Sequence record: DRR378314_471
Direction: 5' to 3' (one strand)
DNA: 61,345 bases
Positions 11,301 through 19,144 of the stretch are shown here, piece after piece. The notes beneath the pieces are model-generated. The model saw only the letters and a list, made by a program, of their open reading frames with translations, was not told the origin of the DNA and ran no database searches. The stretch's first letter is position 1. Each line of letters begins with the position of its first letter. The position numbers were made by a program, and so were the translations under genes.

Positions 11301-12593
11301 CCCAGGAGGGTGATTGTAATAAATGATGGCAACGCGCTTGTCGGCATTCGTCTTCGCTTGCAGCGCCTGCCAGCGGGTCAGGCGATCTGCCAACGCGTTC
11401 ACCCGCTCCTTGACCGGCTGAGTCAGAGTCAGGGCCACACCAGTGTTTTCGTCAATCACTTCCGGCTCCGCAGTCGCCAGCACCATGGGCTGACTGACAC
11501 CCTGGAGTTCGGGCATCGCCAGTTTGTAGTGTACTTTGTCGGACGGAATGCCATCGATCGACAACTGCCACTGATTGGCGGTGCGAGAGGCCAGACGCAA
11601 GCCCTTGACCACCGGGACATTTAGCTGGATCAACGCTTCCGTAACCTGACGCCGCCCTTCACCGCCGCCGATGATGAAGTCCTGCAGGCTGACGATACCG
11701 GACAAAGTCGCAGGGCCTACCGTCTCATCGAGGGCACGAACAGCCTCAAGACTGGCACCGCCCCATCGCGAGAGGATTGCGAAACACTGCATGCCCCTGG
11801 ACTCCAGGGCCGCACAGGTTTCGTCCAGCAGCGCCTGATCGCCGGGGCGATCACCGCTGTCCAGGTCCAGAAGGGCGACCACGGGGCCGGCTCTCAGGTT
11901 AAGATTCGCAGCGCTATCCGTCGCTTCGCCATTGCGGTAATAGCGGATCAGCGCCCGGGGCGGCAGATCCGGCACCTCCAGCGCCTCGCCCGCGTGAACA
12001 AGCAACCAACGCAATAACGCGTCCAGATGCTGCGGGGTGCGCCCCTGGTATAGGGCCCGACCTGCAAGCCAGGACGCCTGATCAGGAAAGCGCGCCTTAA
12101 GCTCCGCCCGATGGGCCTTCAAGTCCGTGCCGGGGTCCGGCGCTTTCATCAGGTTATTCAGTGTGGTGGCATCCAGCCCTTCCAGGGCCCTGCGCCCCTG
12201 CAACCGCGACAATACGGTCAGCGCCCTATCGCCATTCACCGCCAGCACAGGAAAATCGCGAACGGTCTCCTGTTCGCGCACCGCGCGCTCGATCCGCCCC
12301 ACCTGCTCGCCAAAAACCGCGGCCATCAACAAGGCATCGGCTTGGCCCACCAGATCGTCAAGGGCCGTGTTGTCCAGGTTTGCCAACTGCTCTGGTGTTC
12401 TCAGAATGATGCGGTGATCCGGATAAGCGTCCAGGAAGCGCTCCGCACCTGCGGCCATCTCGGCAGCGGAGCGTTCAGACACCACGCCAAATACCGTGGC
12501 ACCGAACACCGGGGCCGAAAACAGCATTACCAACCCCAGAACGAAAGCCAATACCGGGCGGTTCCTATTCCAATCCGGACCTGTGCGGTTCAT
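8379..12593 (-). CDS. CobN/ChlH-family chelatase-like protein with predicted signal peptide (BtuS/HmuS-like)
   Basis: YYNHPPG...GADNLDVPASL, GPQPPRG, PPTHQY, IYPYIVDGVGEGIQAKRR, SHLTPP, LPTGRNF, TSGLFRD, GAYGAG and LNPQW...HGYAGA. N-terminus has a basic + hydrophobic signal-like segment; 1404 aa. Confidence 0.9.
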   Translation of the reverse strand: MNRTGPDWNRNRPVLAFVLGLVMLFSAPVFGATVFGVVSERSAAEMAAGAERFLDAYPDHRIILRTPEQLANLDNTALDDLVGQADALLMAAVFGEQVGRIERAVREQETVRDFPVLAVNGDRALTVLSRLQGRRALEGLDATTLNNLMKAPDPGTDLKAHRAELKARFPDQASWLAGRALYQGRTPQHLDALLRWLLVHAGEALEVPDLPPRALIRYYRNGEATDSAANLNLRAGPVVALLDLDSGDRPGDQALLDETCAALESRGMQCFAILSRWGGASLEAVRALDETVGPATLSGIVSLQDFIIGGGEGRRQVTEALIQLNVPVVKGLRLASRTANQWQLSIDGIPSDKVHYKLAMPELQGVSQPMVLATAEPEVIDENTGVALTLTQPVKERVNALADRLTRWQALQAKTNADKRVAIIYYNHPPGRQNIGADNLDVPASLYEMLTWLKAEGYETGPLPESPEALTDLLQQRGVSLPDDPRALREMAGDVASMAGSTYRQYLETLPQVVQQEIVHGPLGYLHERLEQAHGMGEKELATDLLNRGVQDLRHLIEHIQHPNRKAALSRLDQYELLWQTRLNKGGQTEALETSRRSLANAGIPGLKGWGTAPGDSMVVDDRLIFPGLRFGNIYIGPQPPRGWEVDEELLHANTTFPPTHQYVGFYYWLRDHYQADALVYVGRHSTREFLPRRRAGLTGDDYPDLLGGDLPLIYPYIVDGVGEGIQAKRRALGVMISHLTPPLAATELYDELLELRQLVETWESANEPGSPTRERALKMLREKIQVLDISDDLEQEIAGEMGLSVEEVSLDELSPDLLVHEAGHYVTDMQEHFMPLGLHVFGRDWSADMVDTMLDSMAGKAGTPEPGWRTHLEASPAAERTSFLNALNGRFVAPGQGNDPLRTPAVLPTGRNFHALSDDLIPTRVAWSLAEELVEQARATKDSASEQSDALVLWASDTVRDEGVMIAFGMKLLGIRPVWNSRGIVKGLERLPAGAGTDTPIRRNVVFTTSGLFRDLYESQLEWLDMASRYALAGAAETIEAEYPELREALAQALSVLPSDMREPGDESLSTNVVAARWVDDARVLLAAGASARDAGAQAAFRVFGTAPGAYGAGVNRLATRTGAWQDREQLGDAYRRRMGHVYGKGSQGEPAHDAFDRQLQTVNHTYLGRASHLYGLLDNDDGFDFQGGLSNAVEHLRGEPPQNRVLQYADPRNPRVDSLQRALQVELRARNLNPQWLAPLMEHGYAGARTMGSDFLDNLWGWQITSPQVLRSSVWDEVNEVYFQDRHGLGLDDFLAEGHNVHVKTHMQAIALLAAKRGFWEADVFTRQALARDFAGNIIDHGLPGSGHTRPDHPLMDWVADQLEPKQREAFESARKGGSADYPAIRAANDDCQNPGNQRVSC

Positions 12594-12615
12594 GTGTTTG
12601 CCTCTCCGTGGCCGA

Positions 12616-14427
12616 TCAGATGTCGTAACGTATCGTCAGCATTGCAGTGCGGCCTGCGGCTATGTAGGCATCGCCACCTGAGCGCAATGCCGTGGCGTAT
12701 TCCTTGTCTAACACATTGTCCAACGTCACGTTGGTGGTCCAATGATGGTCGATTCGCCATTTTGCCCGCAGATCCCAAGTGGTAAAGCCAGCGATACGCT
12801 GTTCGTTCTCGGCGTCGTTATAGCGATATCCCTGCCCTTTAACCGTTGTACCCACGGATACCTGACCAAAAGACCGGTCCACGTCCACCCGGAACTGTTT
12901 GCCACTGCGACGGCGAATGCGGTTGTCGGTCTCACGGTCACGGGGGTCCGTTACTGACGCGGCCGCCTGCAGAGTCCATTCATCAAGTTCCAGACCGGCA
13001 CTTAGCTCCGCCCCCCGGATGCGTGCCTCGTTGACATTGAACGGTGCTGACCGCCCGTTTATTGTCGTGAACACGATCAGATCATCTGCGTCAGTCTGGT
13101 AAATAGCGGCGTCCCAAAACCAATAGGTGTACCGCCCGCCAATACCAAGCTCAACACTGCCTGCGGTTTCCGGTTTCAGGTCGGCGTTCCCAAAGTTGGG
13201 AAAATAAAGGTCATTGAACGTGGGGGCGCGGAAAGACGTGCTGTAGCTCACCCGGGCGCGATGGTTACGGTCCAGATCAACGCCCATGGCCACCGCGCCG
13301 GTCTCCTCACGCCCAAACGCCTCGTTGTCATCCGCACGCAAACTCAGCTGAAAGTCTGTCGGACCGAAATTCAACAGGGCCTGGCCAAAAACGGCGGCAT
13401 TGGTGCGACTGGTTTCGTCAAAGTCGGTGGTGCTATCCACTTCGTCCACCAACAGCTCACCGCCAACGATGTATTCGTGACGGCCAGCGCTGATCTGGTT
13501 CTCCCAGCGGGCACTGCGAGTCTTGGTATCAAAGGTGCTGAAACCAAAGTTGTCGCGTGTGTCCTGCTCATCAATGGATTCCGCGAGCAGGATGCGGCTG
13601 CGCCAATAGTTGCTGATGGGGGTGTCGAGTTTGAAGCCGAGGGTCTGAATGGCGAAATCGGTATCACCGTCCTCAAATTCGGTATTCCCCTGCGCCCGCA
13701 TCAGGACGAGGCCGGCTTCGCCACCGGAGTCAAACTGATGGGCTACGGACGCCAGGGCGGAGGTGTTTCGAAAACCCTTATCGTCGCCGTCTTCCACGAT
13801 GGCGGTGCCGTCGGTCTCCAGGTGGCTCGCGCTCACGCTGTATTTCATCCTGCCTTCGGTACCGGCGGCTCCAGCCACATATTCCTGAGTATTGAAGTTG
13901 CCGCCTCCCGCCTGGACCCAGCCTTCGTGACCGGTCTCAGCACTGTGGGTGAAAGCCTGGATGACACCCCCCACGGCATCGGCACCATAAAGGTTACTGC
14001 GTGAGCCACGGACAATTTCGACCCTCTCCACCATTTGCGGCGGGAAGTACTGCCAGGCTGCACTGCCGCTGGTGGCCGAGCGCAGGCGAATACCGTCCAC
14101 CAGGAACACCGTGGATTCGCTTCCGGTACCCCGTGTATAGACACTGGTATTCTTGCCGAAAGAGCCATTGCTCGTGATATCGAGACCGGGCTGGCCCATC
14201 AGCAGCTCCTCGAATGTCTGTGGCTGAAGACGCTCGATAGCCTCCTCGTCAATGACCGTGACGGAAGAGTCGCTTTCGCCCCGGGTCTTCGGGCCAAGCG
14301 TTGCCGTAACAACAATGGGGTCAAGCGCCGAAACAGTCGCTTCTTCGTCGGCCGACGCATTGGAAAGCGGCAGAAACACAAGGGGGAGACCGGACAACAG
14401 AACCGGCATGGACTTCACGTAACCCAT
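12616..14427 (-). CDS. btuB: TonB-dependent vitamin B12 outer-membrane receptor
   Basis: TonB box DPIVVTAT, plug RGTGSESTVFLVDG and ERVEIVRG...LYGADAVGGVI, FRAPTFNDLY; lies directly below a cobalamin riboswitch. Start uncertain (14409-14445). Confidence 0.92.
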   Translation of the reverse strand: MGYVKSMPVLLSGLPLVFLPLSNASADEEATVSALDPIVVTATLGPKTRGESDSSVTVIDEEAIERLQPQTFEELLMGQPGLDITSNGSFGKNTSVYTRGTGSESTVFLVDGIRLRSATSGSAAWQYFPPQMVERVEIVRGSRSNLYGADAVGGVIQAFTHSAETGHEGWVQAGGGNFNTQEYVAGAAGTEGRMKYSVSASHLETDGTAIVEDGDDKGFRNTSALASVAHQFDSGGEAGLVLMRAQGNTEFEDGDTDFAIQTLGFKLDTPISNYWRSRILLAESIDEQDTRDNFGFSTFDTKTRSARWENQISAGRHEYIVGGELLVDEVDSTTDFDETSRTNAAVFGQALLNFGPTDFQLSLRADDNEAFGREETGAVAMGVDLDRNHRARVSYSTSFRAPTFNDLYFPNFGNADLKPETAGSVELGIGGRYTYWFWDAAIYQTDADDLIVFTTINGRSAPFNVNEARIRGAELSAGLELDEWTLQAAASVTDPRDRETDNRIRRRSGKQFRVDVDRSFGQVSVGTTVKGQGYRYNDAENEQRIAGFTTWDLRAKWRIDHHWTTNVTLDNVLDKEYATALRSGGDAYIAAGRTAMLTIRYDI

Positions 14428-14585
14428 ATCAACACTCGCTGGCAAACCACGCGCACCCGCATGGTGATGGTTATGTCGCGGAGCTTGAGAGTGAGACTGG
14501 GGGAGGCAGGATACGAGTCAGGGTACGGGTGTGAAACCGGCACAACTCACCCACCGCCGTCGCCCTCCGCAACGCTTGGTGTGTA

Positions 14586-14782
14586 ATCAGGCCGGTCTCC
14601 GGGCTTACGAGTGAAACAGCGTGTTGGGCCGATTCGGGGCAATCACCTTCCCATGCAAGACGCACAGTGGTTGATACGATTGCCTTTGACTCGCTTACCG
14701 TTGCGGGGGCAGCGTCGGACTTTAACCGACTTCCCGTTTTAAGCTTTCCGGCGGGCGTACCGCGAGAAAGCGTTACCTGAAT
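14586..14782 (-). ncRNA. Cobalamin (AdoCbl) riboswitch
   Basis: Minus strand: TCAGGT...AAAACGGGAAGTCGGTTAAAGTCCGACGCTGCCCCCGCAACGGTAA...CCACTG...TGGGAAGG...AGCCCGGAGACCGGCCTGA (B12 box); upstream of btuB. Confidence 0.95.
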
Positions 14783-14831
14783 ACGGTGTTCATTTAATCG
14801 GGGGCCAAACTAGCAGCCCTTATGTGCTAAA

Positions 14832-15848
14832 TCAATACAGACCCATGAAAAGCAGCGCCTGCTCTAGCCGTGCCCAGTCCTGCTCGGAACCAGGCAATCC
14901 AAATCTCAGTGCCGCGGGGCTATCAAACTCTCGAACCAGGATTCCCTGCTTTGCGAGGTCCGCGGCAATGTCTGCGGCGCGTTGATGCCGAACGTATCGG
15001 AAAAAGGCCGTACCCGTGCTCTCTTCAAGGCCATGGCGCGACAGGCAGTCCGACAGGCGCAGGCTTTCACTGTGAAGCCTTTCGGTGGTCGCGACCTGCC
15101 ACTGGATATCCGCCAACGCCCGGTCCATCACGAATCTCGCTGGGCCGCTGACAGTCCAGGGCCCCATCAGGGCACCGAGCGGCTCTACGATTCCTGCATC
15201 TCCCATCACGGCACCGGCCCGCAGGCCCGCCAGGCCGAAAAACTTACCCAGGGACCTCATGACAACAAGACCGGGCCTGTCAGTCGCGAATCCGACACTC
15301 AACTCCGGGGTGGCATCCACAAACGCTTCATCCACAATGAGCCAACCGCCGTGTTGCTGCAATCGATCATGCCAACTCAACAGCCGATTCGGATCAATGG
15401 CCTGGCCACTCGGGTTGTTCGGATTGATCCAGACCACCACATCCAGATCATCCAGCCAGCGTTCGTCATCGCCATCCAACTGCCCAGAGCGAATCTCGGT
15501 AACCCTATGGCCCGCAGCAGCCCAATGGTGTCGATGTTCCTGGTAGCCTGGCGCCGGCACACCCACTCGACACGCCGATCGTAGCCGCGGCAGATGCATA
15601 ATCGCCGCCTGGCTCCCCGCGATCGGTAAACACGCCGCAGAAGCCGGGGCGCCTACCCATCGCCGGACACGTTGCTCCAGGCCATCGTCAGGCTCGGGTA
15701 GGCGACGCCAAACCTCCTCAGGTATTGACGGCACGGGCCATCCCTGGGGGTTAATTCCGGTCGAGAGATCCAGCCATTGATCCAGCGGAATCCCCCACGT
15801 CTTCGCGGCGGCGCGCAATCGCCCACCATGCTCGGGAAGCGACACCAT
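14832..15848 (-). CDS. cobD: L-threonine-O-3-phosphate decarboxylase (PLP; CobD, called CobC in aerobic-pathway nomenclature)
   Basis: EHGG, WLDLSTGINP, GSQAAI, NPNNPSG, VDEAFVD and RSLGKFFGLAGLRAG. Confidence 0.92.
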   Translation of the reverse strand: MVSLPEHGGRLRAAAKTWGIPLDQWLDLSTGINPQGWPVPSIPEEVWRRLPEPDDGLEQRVRRWVGAPASAACLPIAGSQAAIMHLPRLRSACRVGVPAPGYQEHRHHWAAAGHRVTEIRSGQLDGDDERWLDDLDVVVWINPNNPSGQAIDPNRLLSWHDRLQQHGGWLIVDEAFVDATPELSVGFATDRPGLVVMRSLGKFFGLAGLRAGAVMGDAGIVEPLGALMGPWTVSGPARFVMDRALADIQWQVATTERLHSESLRLSDCLSRHGLEESTGTAFFRYVRHQRAADIAADLAKQGILVREFDSPAALRFGLPGSEQDWARLEQALLFMGLY

Positions 15849-15876
15849 CACGCCTCAGTTCCAGGCCTGATCGTGA

Positions 15877-16437
15877 TCATTGTTCACCCGGCACCCACAG
15901 CACATCGTCTTTTCCCTTGTTGTTCGCGTGTCTGGCCAGGACGAACAGCAAATCCGACAGGCGATTCATATAAGCCAACACAGGCTGGCTGATGTCCTGT
16001 TCTTCCTGCAACTGAGCAATGATTCGCTCAGCCCTTCGCGTGACGGTGCGGGCATGGTGCAAGTGCGTTGCGGCCGGGTTACCCGCAGGCAGGATAAAGG
16101 AACGCAGCGACGGTATATTCGCGTTGAAACGGTCAATTTCCTGTTCAAGCTCAACGGTCTTGCCTTCAGCCAGCCTCAATGGCGGGTATTTCGGGTTCTC
16201 CTCGAACGGGGTACACAGATCCGCACCCACGTCGAAAAGATCGTTCTGGATGCGCGCCAGCATGCCATCCAGCTCCTGGTCCACGTGAAGCCGCGCCAGC
16301 CCGATCACGGCATTGGCTTCATCCACCGTGCCATAAGCCTCCACGCGCAGGTCGTGCTTGGCAACCCGGCTGCCATCGCCTAGGCCGGTGTCGCCTTTGT
16401 CGCCGGTCTTGGTGTATATCTTGGTAAGCCTGACCAT
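15877..16437 (-). CDS. PduO/MMAB-type ATP:cob(I)alamin adenosyltransferase
   Basis: KIYTKTGDKGDT, RVEAYGTVDEAN, QNDLFDVGADL, FILPAG, RTVTRRAER and NRLSDLLFVLAR. Confidence 0.94.
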   Translation of the reverse strand: MVRLTKIYTKTGDKGDTGLGDGSRVAKHDLRVEAYGTVDEANAVIGLARLHVDQELDGMLARIQNDLFDVGADLCTPFEENPKYPPLRLAEGKTVELEQEIDRFNANIPSLRSFILPAGNPAATHLHHARTVTRRAERIIAQLQEEQDISQPVLAYMNRLSDLLFVLARHANNKGKDDVLWVPGEQ

Positions 16438-16479
16438 TTATTTCTCCCGGAATCCGGTTCATTACATTATCGAAGCCGG

Positions 16480-18177
16480 TCAGATTACAGGTTTTTCGCG
16501 ATAGGTTCCCCATAGGCCTTTGAGGGTTTCCACGATGTCACCCATTGAGGCCCCTTCCTTGACCAGCTCAATGGTGATGGGCATAAGGTTCGCCGATTCG
16601 TCTTCGGCCTGCTCTTTCAACTGTGCCAGCATGGCCTGGACTTTCTCCTCGTCGCGACCGTCCTTGACCCGGTTCAGACGCTCAATTTGCCGACGCTCCG
16701 TTTCCGGGTCGTGGGGATGGGTTTCAATCTCTACATCTTCTTCGTCCTGCACGAACATGTTGACGCCGATCACCGGCCGCTCGCCACTGGCTTTGCGCAG
16801 CGCGAAATCGTACGCAGAATCGGAGATGCCTCTCTGGAAGTAGCCATCGTCGATACACTGGAGCGTGCCGCCAAGCTCTTCAACCTCATCGAGAACGCTC
16901 CAGACTTCCTTTTCAATCTCATCGGTAAGATTCTCGACGTAATAGGAGCCGCCCAGCGGATCCACCACCTGGGTTATGTTGGTTTCGTAGGCGATGATCT
17001 GTTGGGTGCGCAGGGCAATGCGCATCGCCTCCTCTGTTGGGATGGCGAAGGCCTCGTCCATGCCATTGGTGTGCAGCGACTGGGCACCACCAAGTACAGC
17101 GGACAACGCCTGCAGCGCGGTACGGATCGGGTTGATGGTGTACTGGGGCTTGGTCAGGGTCGCTGCGGCTGTCTGAGCGTGGAAGCGCAAGCGGCTGGCC
17201 TCGGGTTTGGTGGCGCCGAATTTCTCCCGCATGATCTTGGCGTAAACCCGCCGGGCAGCTCGGAACTTGGCAATCTCCTCAAAGAAATCCGCCTGGCTCA
17301 CGAAGAAGAAGGACAGCCGGGGACCGAACTCATTCACGTCCACGCCAGCGTCGATGGCGGTACGGACATATTCCATGGTGGTAGCCATGGTATACGCCAC
17401 TTCCTGGACGGCGGTCGAACCCGCTTCCGAGATGTGATAGCCGGAAATGTTGATGGGATTGTAGCGCTTCATGTTCTCAGCCCCATACTGAATACAGTCG
17501 CGAACCAGGCGAACTGAGGGGCGCACCGGGAATATCCATTCCTTCTGGGCAATGTATTCCTTGAGAATATCATTCTGAATGGTGCCCGACAGATCGTTCA
17601 GGTCATACCCACGCTTCTGCGCCAGGGCGATGTACATGGCGTAGAGGATCCAGGCCGACGGGTTGATCGTCATGGATACCGAGATTTTGGTCAGATCAAT
17701 ATCATCGAACAGTTCCTCCATATCCGCGAGGGTATCGATCGCGACACCTTCACGACCGACCTCACCCTGGCTCATGGAATGGCTGGAGTCATAGCCCATC
17801 AGGGTGGGCATATCAAAGTCGATCGACAGCCCGGTCTGGCCCTGGGCAATCAGGTACTTGAATCGGCCGTTGGTTTCCTTCGCGGTGCCGAAACCGGCAA
17901 TCTGGCGCATGGTCCAGTTCTTGCCGCGATACATTGTGGGGTAAGGCCCGCGGGTAAACGGATACTGGCCGGGAAAGCCGATATCCTCAAACGGGGTGCC
18001 TTTCACGTCCAGAGGCGTGTAGGTGCGTTTGGTCGGCATGCCGGAGGCGGTGACGTACTCAGACTTGCTCTCTGGAGCGCGCTTGATGAAAGACGACACC
18101 TCGTTGTCTTCCCACTGTTTGAACTCGGTTTCAATGTGCTTGAGTGCAGCGGGGTCATACTGGTCAGTGCGATTCAT
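16480..18177 (-). CDS. hcmA: B12-dependent acyl-CoA mutase large subunit, 2-hydroxyisobutyryl-CoA mutase type
   Basis: MCM substrate-binding barrel without a fused B12 domain; RQIAGFG (Ile93) and SIDFD (Asp120) match the HCM specificity residues; EYIAQK has Gln rather than the MCM Arg. Confidence 0.88.
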   Translation of the reverse strand: MNRTDQYDPAALKHIETEFKQWEDNEVSSFIKRAPESKSEYVTASGMPTKRTYTPLDVKGTPFEDIGFPGQYPFTRGPYPTMYRGKNWTMRQIAGFGTAKETNGRFKYLIAQGQTGLSIDFDMPTLMGYDSSHSMSQGEVGREGVAIDTLADMEELFDDIDLTKISVSMTINPSAWILYAMYIALAQKRGYDLNDLSGTIQNDILKEYIAQKEWIFPVRPSVRLVRDCIQYGAENMKRYNPINISGYHISEAGSTAVQEVAYTMATTMEYVRTAIDAGVDVNEFGPRLSFFFVSQADFFEEIAKFRAARRVYAKIMREKFGATKPEASRLRFHAQTAAATLTKPQYTINPIRTALQALSAVLGGAQSLHTNGMDEAFAIPTEEAMRIALRTQQIIAYETNITQVVDPLGGSYYVENLTDEIEKEVWSVLDEVEELGGTLQCIDDGYFQRGISDSAYDFALRKASGERPVIGVNMFVQDEEDVEIETHPHDPETERRQIERLNRVKDGRDEEKVQAMLAQLKEQAEDESANLMPITIELVKEGASMGDIVETLKGLWGTYREKPVI

Positions 18178-19144
18178 GGATCGTCTCCTTCATGGCTTTG
18201 AGCAAGGTCACCGCAGCACCGTGAGGGTCAAGCTCACGCTGGGTCACCTTGTTGAGCAGTTCTTCGGTTTGCGACCGGCTGTCACGGACAAAATTGTCGC
18301 GGACGATTTCCTCGGCAACTTTCACCACCCGGGTTAACGCAATCTGGCGCCGTCGCTCGGTGATTTCGCCACTGCGCTCCAGGTGCTCAGCGTGGCGGTC
18401 AATCGCCGTCATCAACTCGTTAAAACCGCTGTGCTTCTCCGAACTGGTTGGTACTACCGGCACCCGCCATACGCCCTCGCCCGGTTCCAGGCTCATCATC
18501 AGCATGTTCTTGAGCTCCTGGATGGTTTTATTGGAATCCGGCCGGTCCGCCTTGCTCACCACATGGACATCGGCGATCTCCAGCACACCAGCCTTGATGG
18601 CCTGGATGTCGTCGCCCAGGCCGGGCGCGTTGACGACCACGGTCGTGTGAGCGGCGCGGACGATATCCACCTCGTCCTGCCCGACCCCGACCGTCTCGAT
18701 CAGGACCACGTCGAAGCCTCCAGCATCCAGAAGGTCAACCGCGTCCAGGGCGGGCCTGGCCAGCCCCCCCAGGGTGCCCCGGGTGGCCATGCTGCGAATA
18801 AAAACGCCAGGGTCCGACACCAGATCGCCCATACGGATACGATCACCGAGGATCGCACCGCCGGAGTAGGGGCTGGAGGGATCAATCGCAACGACGCCGA
18901 CCTTGCGGCCACTGGCCCGGTACTGATGAACCAGTTGCGTGACGAGGGTGGACTTCCCTGCTCCCGGCACACCGGTAATGCCCACCACATGGGCGTTGCC
19001 GGTGCTTTTGTAAAGCTCGGCCAGGGCTTCGCGCACCTCAGCATCTCCACCATTTTCAACGCGTGTAATAAGTCTGGCGATGGCGCGAAGATGTCCCTCC
19101 CGCACACGTTCAGCGAGCTTCATCGAGGGTATACGGTTAATCAT
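18164..19144 (-). CDS. meaB: MeaB/MeaH-type GTPase chaperone of the acyl-CoA mutase
   Basis: GITGVPGAGKST, DPSSPYSGGAILGDRIRM, ETVGVGQDE and GDDIQAIKAGVLEIAD. Confidence 0.93.
   Translation of the reverse strand: MINRIPSMKLAERVREGHLRAIARLITRVENGGDAEVREALAELYKSTGNAHVVGITGVPGAGKSTLVTQLVHQYRASGRKVGVVAIDPSSPYSGGAILGDRIRMGDLVSDPGVFIRSMATRGTLGGLARPALDAVDLLDAGGFDVVLIETVGVGQDEVDIVRAAHTTVVVNAPGLGDDIQAIKAGVLEIADVHVVSKADRPDSNKTIQELKNMLMMSLEPGEGVWRVPVVPTSSEKHSGFNELMTAIDRHAEHLERSGEITERRRQIALTRVVKVAEEIVRDNFVRDSRSQTEELLNKVTQRELDPHGAAVTLLKAMKETIHESH

Noticed and set aside
16480-18177. Call as methylmalonyl-CoA or isobutyryl-CoA mutase
   Set aside because: The specificity positions are Ile/Asp/Gln, not Tyr/Arg (MCM) or Phe (ICM).
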